IMG/VR virus record: IMGVR_UViG_3300037524_001600 | Strand: one strand, 5' to 3' | Source: an uncultured virus (IMG/VR IMGVR_UViG_3300037524_001600) | Taxonomy: Duplodnaviria > Heunggongvirae > Uroviricota > Caudoviricetes | Length of the DNA stretch: 20,000 nucleotides | In this document: positions 7,564 to 15,612 of the stretch, piece by piece | How positions within the stretch are numbered: position 1 is the first letter of the stretch | How the letters are laid out: the number at the start of each line of letters is the position of its first letter | Notes under the pieces: generated by a model | What the model was told of the DNA's origin: nothing | Database searches by the model: none | What the model saw: only the letters and a program-made list of their open reading frames with translations | Made by a program: the position numbers and the translations under genes

Positions 7564-9687
7564 TCACGTTACCACGAAATATCTGGCGCCAGCCACCCGC
7601 GCCGCGGAGGTCTGGAAGCCAGCGCCTGCGAAAAACTGCGCGGAGGCGTCCGATCCCGAGTAGGACTCCCCGGCCTGCGCCGCACCCATCCCGTACGAGA
7701 CAGACACCTCCGAGTGCAGAGAGGCCTGCAGAGACAGGCCGGCCCCGGCCCCGTGGGCGGAAGAGGCCGCGAGGACCGCCCCCGCCGAGTACAGATCAGC
7801 GGCGCCCGCGGCGTGATCCGACGCCGCGCTCGCCGCGGAGTCCGTCTGGGAGAAGAATCCCGCCCCCGCCCCCGCGGCCAGCGCGGCCGGGAGTGCGGAG
7901 GAGGCCTGATGCGAGTGCCCGGCACCGACACCGTGCCCCGACAGCACGGGATAGGACGCGGACGGCTGGAACAGCGCGCCGGCCCCCGCCGGGCTCAGGA
8001 GGGTTACAGGCAGGGAAAGATCGCCGATGCTGATGCCGCCGGCCCCGGCGCCGAAGGACACCGACACACCGTACGAAGACTGCGTCCCGAAGGAGACGGC
8101 CGCGCCGACCGACACGGCGTGCGCCGCTGTGGAGCCGGTGTCGCCGTCCCCCGAGTACCCCGCACCCGCCGCCGCGGAGCACACCTCGTGGTACACGGCC
8201 GCGGTTCCGGCCGAGTAGCCGGCGCCGACTCGCCAGTCCTGAGACAGCTCCTGCGCCGCCGCGGAGGAGTCCGAGATCCCGGCGGACGAAGAATGGCTGC
8301 CCAGCAGGACGGCGACAGACAACGGATCGAACCCCGCGCCTGTCCGGCCCTCCGAGGACGCGACCAGGACGGAGGATCCCTGCGCAGTGCCCCCCGCCCC
8401 GGCCGCCGCGGACAGCGTCGCGGCCCGAACCACGTAGGAATCCGCCTGGAACCCTGCGCCCGAGGACGAGGAAGCCTCCGCCAGCACGGACGCGACGGCG
8501 ACCGCATAGGAAGAGACGCCCGCCCCGTGCTCGGAGGTTTCCTCCGACAGAGAATACAGCAAGAACGCGGAGGATGCCCCGGCCTGGGCGCCCGTCTCGG
8601 ACAGCAGTACCGCTGCGGCGGAGGCCGCGTCGGAGGCGCCCGAGGAGCCGCCCGCATCGGCCCGAAGGGCGGACTGCGCCGATACCGAGTCGGAGGCGCC
8701 GAGGGATTCCTGACCGGATGCCGCCGCGACCGACAGCGCGGCGACGATGTCCGAGGCCCCGGAAGATTCCTCCGCGGAGACGGAGAGCGCGGCGGAGGCC
8801 TGCGCCTGGGCTCCCGCCCCGGCCGCGGGCGCGTGCGTCCTGTTCTGGTCCGCGACCGCCTTGACGTCCAGGACCGCCCACGACACGCGGAGGTCCAGCG
8901 ACGCGCTCGGTATCACCGTACCGTCTGTAGACCCGGAGGCCGCCGCGCCGCCCGCATGGGCCGCGCCCAGCACCAGCGAGCCGGCGGCAGAGCCGGCCGG
9001 CGCGCCCCCGCTGCTGTGGTCGCCCGACAGAACGGGCGCCGCCGGCCTCACCGCGACGGTTATGGCGACCCACTCGTCCGAGGCCGAGATGGTGAACGAA
9101 TTGGGATTCTCGCTGGAGACCGCGTTGTCGCGCGTCGCCATGCCGAATCCGACGCCGTTTGTCGCGTTACTGACCGTCGTGGAATATTGATTATCCGCGT
9201 AACTGAGCGGCCACCCCGAGACTGTGCGGTTCGCGTCGCAGCCGAACGAGGCGATCCAGAGCGTGTCCTCTGTGACCCAGTTGGCCGGATCCAGCACGGG
9301 CGGATTGGGCGTGGTGCTGGTGCCGACGGCCACGTCGCCGACGACGGCGTCGGCCCAGGCGGATCCGCCGTACCACCCCGCCGCCGGGATCCGCGCGGTT
9401 CGGAATATCGCGGCCTCCGACGTGCCGGCGGTGACGTTGACCGTGGAGCCCTCGCTGCCGGTCGCCTTCTTCCCGTAGACTACGTGCAGGACCGCCGAGT
9501 TGTTCGTGCCGGCGATCAGGGTGTACTCGGTCGTCAGCGTCCCGGACAGCGCCGGATTGCCGTCGAACGTGCAGAACACCAGCAGCAGGTCGCCGGACGA
9601 GATCCCGGCGGGCAGCTGTATCGTGTGACTGGTACCGCTGGTCGCGTCGGTGCCGCTCGTGCTGGCGGCGATTGTAGGGAAGGCCAT
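7564..9687 (-). CDS. Putative virion fibre/decoration protein (707 aa): beta-rich N-terminal domain plus long Ala/Ser/Gly-rich quasi-repeat region
   Basis: Start moved to ATG 9687 (MAFPTIAAST), TGATG overlap with the upstream stop. N-terminus SHTIQLPAGISSGDLLLVF; C-terminal ~480 aa of recurring GAGAG/GASD units. Confidence 0.65.
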   Translation of the reverse strand: MAFPTIAASTSGTDATSGTSHTIQLPAGISSGDLLLVFCTFDGNPALSGTLTTEYTLIAGTNNSAVLHVVYGKKATGSEGSTVNVTAGTSEAAIFRTARIPAAGWYGGSAWADAVVGDVAVGTSTTPNPPVLDPANWVTEDTLWIASFGCDANRTVSGWPLSYADNQYSTTVSNATNGVGFGMATRDNAVSSENPNSFTISASDEWVAITVAVRPAAPVLSGDHSSGGAPAGSAAGSLVLGAAHAGGAAASGSTDGTVIPSASLDLRVSWAVLDVKAVADQNRTHAPAAGAGAQAQASAALSVSAEESSGASDIVAALSVAAASGQESLGASDSVSAQSALRADAGGSSGASDAASAAAVLLSETGAQAGASSAFLLYSLSEETSEHGAGVSSYAVAVASVLAEASSSSGAGFQADSYVVRAATLSAAAGAGGTAQGSSVLVASSEGRTGAGFDPLSVAVLLGSHSSSAGISDSSAAAQELSQDWRVGAGYSAGTAAVYHEVCSAAAGAGYSGDGDTGSTAAHAVSVGAAVSFGTQSSYGVSVSFGAGAGGISIGDLSLPVTLLSPAGAGALFQPSASYPVLSGHGVGAGHSHQASSALPAALAAGAGAGFFSQTDSAASAASDHAAGAADLYSAGAVLAASSAHGAGAGLSLQASLHSEVSVSYGMGAAQAGESYSGSDASAQFFAGAGFQTSAARVAGARYFVVT

Positions 9688-10304
9688 CAGACGCTCGCCA
9701 CGAATTCCAGGTCCAGCGCGGTGTAGTCCGAGATCGCGTCGCGCTGCTCGCCGGTCAGCTCCAGCACGCGCACGTCGTCGGCCGCGAGATCGGCGATGAC
9801 CCACTCGGCGATCTGCGCGGCGCCGGAGTGCAGGCGCACGGTCAAAGTGCCGCTCGGCGTGTAGCCTGCCGGCGAGGCGACGGCGATCGCGTGCAGTGTG
9901 GGGCCGGGATCGTCGAGCTGCGTCAGCGCGACGCGCGCGGTGGCGGCGCCGGTGGCGCGGATGTAGCTCGCGTCGTCGCGGGCGTGCTCGTCCAGCGCCT
10001 CGTACAGCGACGCCTCCGTAGACGTCCAGCCGGAATTGGAGTCGTCGGCGACCGGGCGCCCGAAGCGGGCGTGCAGGGCGGACGACGCGGAGCCGGCGGT
10101 CGCCGGAACGACATCCGCGCCGAATAACGCGAGCGACGGCACCATAGCAACAGACGCAATGACCTGTGAGTCATGCGATCCGGTAAGTATTGCGCCGCCG
10201 CTGTCTGTCTCGTTAAAAAATGGGCCGCCCGGGACCTGGAATTCCAGCCCGCTCTGCCCATCGTCGATGAACGGGCCGCCTGGAATCTGGTACTGGAGCC
10301 CCAT
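9687..10304 (-). CDS. Putative virion structural or fibre-associated protein (205 aa)
   Basis: Likely ATG 10304 (MGLQYQIPGGPF), 7 nt after the upstream stop; tandem N-terminal repeat GLQYQIPGGPFIDD / GLEFQVPGGPFFNE. Confidence 0.6.
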   Translation of the reverse strand: MGLQYQIPGGPFIDDGQSGLEFQVPGGPFFNETDSGGAILTGSHDSQVIASVAMVPSLALFGADVVPATAGSASSALHARFGRPVADDSNSGWTSTEASLYEALDEHARDDASYIRATGAATARVALTQLDDPGPTLHAIAVASPAGYTPSGTLTVRLHSGAAQIAEWVIADLAADDVRVLELTGEQRDAISDYTALDLEFVASV

Positions 10305-10311
10305 CTCGGCA

Positions 10312-11895
10312 TCAACTGACAATCAATTGAGGGTTGGCGTATACGGTCTTGCTTGCCTTGAACAGCCGCAACCGGCCGACGAACGGACCGATCTCCTGCG
10401 GCGTGAACGTCACCGACACTTTCTGCTTATTCGGATTGCTTATTCCGGTCGTCGTCCACGTCGCACCGCTTGAGGGCAGGTCCGAGCCGAGCGCAGGATA
10501 ATCCGGTGCGCTAGAATACCAGCGGCCGTACGGAGTGCCAGATGTCGTCAGCGCGATGACCTCTAGCACGAGATCGCTCGCTTTCAAAGCGGTAGCGGAG
10601 TCGTGCAGCAGCTCGACAGTAACCGTAACCGACGAGCCGACCGCCGTATTGAACGGCGAAACCAATTCGCCGGAATTCAGCGAAGTTGCCGGAAACGACG
10701 CTGCGGAGTTGGAGGCCAACGCCCACGAGATCGGCGTGACGCCGTTCGAAGCGCCGCCGGTCATGACCCGCGTCGTCTCGCTGACCACGGAACCGACGCC
10801 GGTATGCCGCGCCTTTCGGTACTGCGTGTCAGCGGAGTCGCAGTTGTCCATGTCAACAATCACTTCCGGTCCCGTGACGGAAGTAACGACGCCGGCCAGA
10901 GAGGCGTTCAGCTTGCACGACCTGAACAGTATCCGCGCAGTTCCCGTTGTGTTTATTCCGCTGACCAAATAGCAGCCCGATCCGAGTCCCGTCAGGTCGT
11001 ACCCGTCCGCGACACAGACAGCCCCGTTCACGTTGGGGGCGAACAGGCTCACAGGCACGTCGGACAAGGCGTGAAACAGCGGCAGGGCCGAGAAAGAGCG
11101 CAGCGTCAGAGACTGCGACTGCACCGAGAAGGCGTAATTGCCGAATGACGAGAAATAGAACTGGACATCCTCAAGGATTACGTCATGCCTGTCGTCGCGG
11201 CCAGCCGCGCCCACCGAGCATTGGACGCCCGTCCCGGTCGCGGTGTTCCTGATGAGCGAGCGCCGAATGGTGGTTCCCTCATTGGCCGCCGCCTGCGCGA
11301 CCGAGAGGTTGTAATTCGCGTTCTGCGCGTTGCCGAACTCGTAGTCGATCCCGTCGATGAACAGCGCCCCCTGAATCGACGCCGACCCGCTGTAGGTGGT
11401 TGTCACCTTCGCCCCTTCGGCAAAGGCCGTCGGCGGCGCGGCCGAGTCGTCAACGGAAATGGCCTTGACTGGATTGGTTGCGGTGCTCGGACCTACGAGC
11501 GCAAGCTGCACCGCGGTGCTCTCGTTGTGCGAGCTAGATACCCACACGTTATCGCCAGCCGCCAGCATGCCTGACGATCCGCACACGTACATCATGATCG
11601 GCGTGGCAAATGTCCAGTCCGCCGTCGTGCCGCTGCTGAATCCCGGCTGCCGCGCCCTGAAGACCGCGGTTCCGCTCGTCACCGTCGTTGAGTCCTTCGT
11701 GACGGAGGCGGGCCATGTCGGATTGCCCGCCGCGGTCGTTCCTGCGGTTGTGCACTCCCAAACCCACCGTCTCGCGATGCCGTAGTTCGTGCCGGTGTCA
11801 CCCGTGGCCGGCACGATCCGCTGCCCGGTCGAGTACGCGGTCGAGGCGGCGAATTGCGTGACGCCGCTGCCAGACTTCACGTAGTAGTCGGCCAT
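10312..11895 (-). CDS. Putative receptor-binding/tail spike-like protein (527 aa)
   Basis: Thr/Ser/Gly-rich and beta-rich; N-terminal FAASTAYSTGQRIVP...WVWECTTAGTT...PTWP module of the kind seen in phage fibres; central part looks like beta-helix repeats. TGATG overlap with the upstream gene. Confidence 0.6.
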   Translation of the reverse strand: MADYYVKSGSGVTQFAASTAYSTGQRIVPATGDTGTNYGIARRWVWECTTAGTTAAGNPTWPASVTKDSTTVTSGTAVFRARQPGFSSGTTADWTFATPIMMYVCGSSGMLAAGDNVWVSSSHNESTAVQLALVGPSTATNPVKAISVDDSAAPPTAFAEGAKVTTTYSGSASIQGALFIDGIDYEFGNAQNANYNLSVAQAAANEGTTIRRSLIRNTATGTGVQCSVGAAGRDDRHDVILEDVQFYFSSFGNYAFSVQSQSLTLRSFSALPLFHALSDVPVSLFAPNVNGAVCVADGYDLTGLGSGCYLVSGINTTGTARILFRSCKLNASLAGVVTSVTGPEVIVDMDNCDSADTQYRKARHTGVGSVVSETTRVMTGGASNGVTPISWALASNSAASFPATSLNSGELVSPFNTAVGSSVTVTVELLHDSATALKASDLVLEVIALTTSGTPYGRWYSSAPDYPALGSDLPSSGATWTTTGISNPNKQKVSVTFTPQEIGPFVGRLRLFKASKTVYANPQLIVS

Positions 11896-12401
11896 CAGAC
11901 CGACTCCTCGACCAGCATCGCCGCGTACCTATCGTGCGCCGGGGCGATGCGAGAAGACACGAGCGCGTTCCATTGCGTGGTATTTAGACTTTTGCCAAAG
12001 TGAAGGTTATAGCTGGCGCGCACGGCGTCGCTGGTCAGCCAGCCGTGGAGCACTTCCTCGTACAGCCACCACAGAAGCCGGGCGTACACCAGCTTGTCGC
12101 CGCTCCACGTTGCATCGACGGCGCCCCAAAATGCGTCGGCGAACTCGGCGTTGGTCTGATGCTGCAGCGAGATCGGGCCGGGATCGGAGTAGATCGTCCT
12201 GCGCTGCTCATCGCGCTTTAGCGCGTTGTTCAGATAGGGCACCCGCGCCTCCATGGCCGCGGAATGGTCCGCCTCGGCCGCGGCCAAGTATCGATGCTCG
12301 ATCGCACCTCCGGTCGTCAGCGCGTGCGTCTCAAGTACGTACACCCGGCCGTCTGATTGGGTGTGCGGGTCAACAGACAGCACACTTGAGGCTACCGGCA
12401 T
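11895..12401 (-). CDS. Hypothetical protein (168 aa), possibly a partner or chaperone of the adjacent fibre
   Basis: Tiles the minus-strand operon; stop overlaps the next start; normal globular composition. Confidence 0.65.
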   Translation of the reverse strand: MPVASSVLSVDPHTQSDGRVYVLETHALTTGGAIEHRYLAAAEADHSAAMEARVPYLNNALKRDEQRRTIYSDPGPISLQHQTNAEFADAFWGAVDATWSGDKLVYARLLWWLYEEVLHGWLTSDAVRASYNLHFGKSLNTTQWNALVSSRIAPAHDRYAAMLVEESV

Positions 12402-12416
12402 ATTCGGCCCCCGATG

Positions 12417-13034
12417 TCAGCCCACGTCCAGAGACAGCGACACGCTAACATTGAGCTGGTCGCCGTCGCCGGAGATCACCTTGTCGGACGAAAACGCCGC
12501 GACGGAGTAGATCAGGCCCGTCGTCGCGTACCGGGTGCCCGCCGAGGCCACGAAGCTGCCCTTCAGCGTGCCGGCCTCCGTGAAGACGAAGTTGACGGCG
12601 GAGGAGGAGTCCAGCACCACGGGATCGGCGTTCGTGGGCTCCCCGAACGAGACCGTGCCGCGGGCGGTGCCGGCCGGGGTGTCGTAGTTGGGAGCCTGCG
12701 ACGCCCCGGCCTCGCGCCAGCCGTTGCTGCCGGCGATCTGCGCCGCGGTGTCGGTCTTGGCTATCGCCGTGTAGCTCACCGACGATATCAGGCCTATATA
12801 CCACGTGGTCACCTGCGTCGCGCCGTCGAAGCCGACGTCCAGCAGGTGCTGGCCGCCCTCCTGCGTGACGAGGTTCCCGACGGTCCAGTCGTCCAGCAGG
12901 ATCCCCCGCCTGTCGAGGTGCTTGAAGCGGAAGGAGAAGTGCGGCGCGCGGGCGCGTCCCGGGGCGCGATGCCTTTCGGCCAGTACTAGGCCCGCCCTCG
13001 CGGTCATGCCCGCTCTGAGCTTTCTCATGCGCAC
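12417..13034 (-). CDS. Virion structural protein, paralogue B (about 205 aa; start may be ATG 13028)
   Basis: Shares W-x3-N-x-VT-x-EG-x2-LLDV-x-FD-x-ATQ-x-T-x-WY-x-GLISS-x-SYT and APNYDTPAGT with 13039..13656. Confidence 0.7.
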   Translation of the reverse strand: MRMRKLRAGMTARAGLVLAERHRAPGRARAPHFSFRFKHLDRRGILLDDWTVGNLVTQEGGQHLLDVGFDGATQVTTWYIGLISSVSYTAIAKTDTAAQIAGSNGWREAGASQAPNYDTPAGTARGTVSFGEPTNADPVVLDSSSAVNFVFTEAGTLKGSFVASAGTRYATTGLIYSVAAFSSDKVISGDGDQLNVSVSLSLDVG

Positions 13035-13038
13035 CCCG

Positions 13039-13656
13039 TCACGGCGTGTAGACCAGATCGAGGGACACGGTGACCGTGACCTTCAGCTGGTCGTTGTCCA
13101 CCACGGCCTTGTCTCCCGAGAACAGCGCGGCGGAATAGAGCGGTGCGGTCGTGGAGAGCCGGGTCGCCCCGGCCGCGATGAATGCGCCCTTCACGGTCCC
13201 GGTGTTGGAGAACGTGATGTCCACGGTGGCGGACGACGACAGGCTGACGGGGTCAGTGCCGGTCGGCTCCGCGAACGAGATCTGCGCCCGATCGGTGCCC
13301 GCCGGCGTGTCGTAGTTCGGCGCGTACGTGGCGGAGCACTCGGCCCAGCCGTTCCCCGCGGCCGACAGGCTCGCCGCCGTGTTGCCGATGGCGGGAGGGG
13401 TCGTGTAGGAGGCCGAGGAGATCAGCCCCAGGTACCACGACGTGATCTGCGTCGCGGCGTCGAAGTACACGTCGAGCAGAGAGTAGGCCCCCTCCGTGGT
13501 TACGATGTTCTCGGCGGACCATCGGTCTATCTCCAGCCCGCCGCGCAGGTGCACGAACTCGTAGCGGAACCTGGGCACCGCGCTGAACGCGCCGCTCCCG
13601 GCTCCGCGGACCGCCCGCGCCTCGGCGGTCATGCCGATCTTTCCGTTGTCTTTCAA
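13039..13656 (-). CDS. Virion structural protein, paralogue A (205 aa)
   Basis: TTG start after GGGAG; beta-rich; tandem paralogue of 12417..13034. Confidence 0.7.
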   Translation of the reverse strand: MKDNGKIGMTAEARAVRGAGSGAFSAVPRFRYEFVHLRGGLEIDRWSAENIVTTEGAYSLLDVYFDAATQITSWYLGLISSASYTTPPAIGNTAASLSAAGNGWAECSATYAPNYDTPAGTDRAQISFAEPTGTDPVSLSSSATVDITFSNTGTVKGAFIAAGATRLSTTAPLYSAALFSGDKAVVDNDQLKVTVTVSLDLVYTP

Positions 13657-13678
13657 TTCTAGCTCCCGGTTGTTGTAG

Positions 13679-13852
13679 CTAACGCGATTTCTCGCCGCAC
13701 TGCTGGACCCTGATCTCCAGCTCCACGATTCTGTCTGCCATGCGCAGACACCACCTCTGCATGGCGGCTATCTCCCGCCTCATAAGAGCGTTCTCCCCGG
13801 ACAGTGCCGAGATTCTCTCGCGCAGCAGGGGCTCGTCGTCCCGCCCCGTCAT
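13679..13852 (-). CDS. Small coiled-coil hypothetical protein (57 aa)
   Basis: Not in the ORF track. ATGA overlap with the upstream stop; MTGRDDEPLLRERISALSGENALMRREIAAMQRWCLRMADRIVELEIRVQQCGEKSR*. Confidence 0.6.
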   Translation of the reverse strand: MTGRDDEPLLRERISALSGENALMRREIAAMQRWCLRMADRIVELEIRVQQCGEKSR

Positions 13853-14082
13853 CCGGGATCCCCGGGCGCCAGCTCCCGCGTCTCCGCGGAGGCGACCACG
13901 TCGCAGTGCACCACCCTGCCCACCGTCTTGATCACCGCGACCATCGGGCCGCGCTCGTCTACCTGAAAGATCTCCAGGGAAGTGATCCCGCGGATCTCCT
14001 CCCCGGTCTCCGCGTCCGTAACCACCGTGCGGGCGCCGGCCGGACGCTCCTCGTGGACCACCCGGACGCGGCGCACCGCCAT
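13849..14082 (-). CDS. Small hypothetical protein (77 aa)
   Basis: Start moved from 14256 to ATG 14082 (MAVRRVRVVHEE), TGATG overlap with the upstream stop. Confidence 0.6.
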   Translation of the reverse strand: MAVRRVRVVHEERPAGARTVVTDAETGEEIRGITSLEIFQVDERGPMVAVIKTVGRVVHCDVVASAETRELAPGDPG

Positions 14083-14483
14083 CAGTCGCCCCAGGGCCGG
14101 CTCTTGCCGCGCTGCCTGTTGGTCTCGGCCGCCGTGACCCTGGCGTCGAGCCACTGCACGCCCTTCCGCAGGATCTGGTTGACCCCGGCGAACGTGTGGT
14201 GCTCGGTCAGCACGGCCGGCTGCCCGTTCCAGCTCCACTCGATCGAGTAGGGGCACCTGGCCCCGCAGGTCTCGGGGTTCTGGCGGCGGCTGGCGTAATC
14301 CAGCGTCTCGAAGCCCGAGCGCTCAAGGGCCCGCGCCTGCGCCTCGGTCATGCCGAAGAACTGGCTCTGCTGGCAGTACACCTTGGAGCCCTGGTAAAGC
14401 ACGCACAGCTGCGTGTTCACGTCGACGGCCAGGGCGGGCCCCGAAAGCAGCGCCGCGAGCAGCAGCGCGAAAATCCTCTTCAT
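14082..14483 (-). CDS. Secreted/periplasmic hypothetical protein (133 aa)
   Basis: Sec-type signal peptide MKRIFALLLAALLSGPALA with an A-x-A site; four Cys in the mature part; SD AAGGAG; ATGA overlap with the upstream gene. Confidence 0.75.
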   Translation of the reverse strand: MKRIFALLLAALLSGPALAVDVNTQLCVLYQGSKVYCQQSQFFGMTEAQARALERSGFETLDYASRRQNPETCGARCPYSIEWSWNGQPAVLTEHHTFAGVNQILRKGVQWLDARVTAAETNRQRGKSRPWGD

Positions 14484-14719
14484 TTCTGCTCCTTTATCAG
14501 TGGGTTCTCGGGGAGCCTGAGCCCCCTCGCGCCCCCGCCCATCATTCCCGCGAGCTTGGACTCGAGGACGGCCTGGGTGGGGTCTAGATCGTTCATTCCC
14601 TTGAGCTGCATCGCCAGGGCCGCCAGCTGCAGCACCTGCGTGGCCTGCTGGTTCGCCACGGCGTTAAGGGCCATGAGGTCCCGGACGAATTTGTCCGTGT
14701 CGCTTGATTCTACGGGCAT
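14480..14719 (-). CDS. Reb-like small helical protein 2 (79 aa)
   Basis: SD GGGAGG; contains ALNAVANQQ, resembling the NAVxxQQ motif of Reb proteins; aligns without gaps to 14778..15095 (12/37 identities). Confidence 0.55.
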   Translation of the reverse strand: MPVESSDTDKFVRDLMALNAVANQQATQVLQLAALAMQLKGMNDLDPTQAVLESKLAGMMGGGARGLRLPENPLIKEQK

Positions 14720-14743
14720 CTCTCAGCCTCCCGGCGCGGGCGC

Positions 14744-14771
14744 GGCGGGGCCCCGCGGAGGCGGCCCCGCC
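14744..14771 (-). promoter_or_regulatory. GC-rich stem-loop between the two Reb-like genes (no U-tract)
   Basis: GGCGGGGCC (14744-14752) and GGCCCCGCC (14763-14771) form a perfect 9-bp inverted repeat with a 10-nt loop, 6 nt after the stop of 14778..15095. Confidence 0.6.
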
Positions 14772-14777
14772 ACTCCG

Positions 14778-15095
14778 TCAGACCGTCACCGGCGGGGTGA
14801 CACCGGCGGCCTTGCCGGCCTGCTGCGACGACGCGATGGCCGACGCCAGGGAGGCGAAGACCTGCGCGAGATCGTTGCCCGTCAGGACCTTGCCGACCGA
14901 CACAGCCTCGGTGGCGTCCACCTCGACCAAGGACTTCACGACCGCGCCGACCGAGGCCTCGCGGATGCTGTTCATCGCCCGCTGGTGCGCCACGGCGTCG
15001 TTGTAGGCCAGGCCCATCGCGAACGCGGCGGCGTCCCCGAGGTTCTTGGTGTTGACGTTGCTGACGCTGTCGATGATGCCTTCGTTTGCTGCCAT
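14778..15095 (-). CDS. RebB-family-like (R-body) protein 1 (105 aa)
   Basis: ANEGIIDSVSNVNTKNLGDAAAFAMGLAY matches the Reb N-terminal pattern as I recall it (N-x2-I-x-D-[SA]-V-x3-N-x-K-x-L-G-x-A-x-A-x-A-M-G-x2-Y); small, Ala-rich; SD GAGGAG. Confidence 0.7.
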   Translation of the reverse strand: MAANEGIIDSVSNVNTKNLGDAAAFAMGLAYNDAVAHQRAMNSIREASVGAVVKSLVEVDATEAVSVGKVLTGNDLAQVFASLASAIASSQQAGKAAGVTPPVTV

Positions 15096-15179
15096 CAGAT
15101 AACTCCTCTAGAGTTGCTACGACTGCGCGCCTGGATCGTACCGGGCGCTATGCGCAGGGACGCGCATCCTGTGCCGGGC

Positions 15180-15608
15180 TCAGAAGTCCAGAGCCACGGA
15201 GAAAGAAGAGACCTGTCCCGAGAGGGACTCCAGCTCGACCCACACCCAACTGCCCGCGGGCACGGCGGCCTGCGCCAGCGCGGCAGAGTCGCCGGAGGTC
15301 TGGCTGGTGACGACCGCCGAGGACACGTGGGACAGCGGGGACGGGTCGGAGCGACTGGCCGCGCTCCTGACGGAGTACGTCACGGACGGCGCCGATCCGG
15401 ACACGACGGCCCGCACGGCGGAGAGCACGATCTGCCCGGACGCGTAGAAGACGGTGACGGAGTCGGGGGCGAACGGGGACGCGACGGTGAGGGCCTTCGT
15501 CCCCAGCGGCCTCTCCGCCTTGCCCTCGTTGAGATTCACGACGTTGGCGTCCGCCTCGGCATTGGTCAGCGGGGAGCCCTTCCCCGCCCTCGTGACGATG
15601 TCTACCAC
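15180..15608 (-). CDS. Short fibre-like virion protein (142 aa)
   Basis: N-terminus IVTRAGKGSPLTNAEADANVVNLN resembles a common phage fibre attachment segment; beta-rich C-terminus. Confidence 0.6.
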   Translation of the reverse strand: MVDIVTRAGKGSPLTNAEADANVVNLNEGKAERPLGTKALTVASPFAPDSVTVFYASGQIVLSAVRAVVSGSAPSVTYSVRSAASRSDPSPLSHVSSAVVTSQTSGDSAALAQAAVPAGSWVWVELESLSGQVSSFSVALDF

Positions 15609-15612
15609 GGCG

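Noticed and set aside
6997..9726. 909-aa plus-strand ORF
   Set aside because: Arg/Gly/Pro-rich antisense shadow of the GC-rich fibre and portal genes; no SD or recognisable motif.
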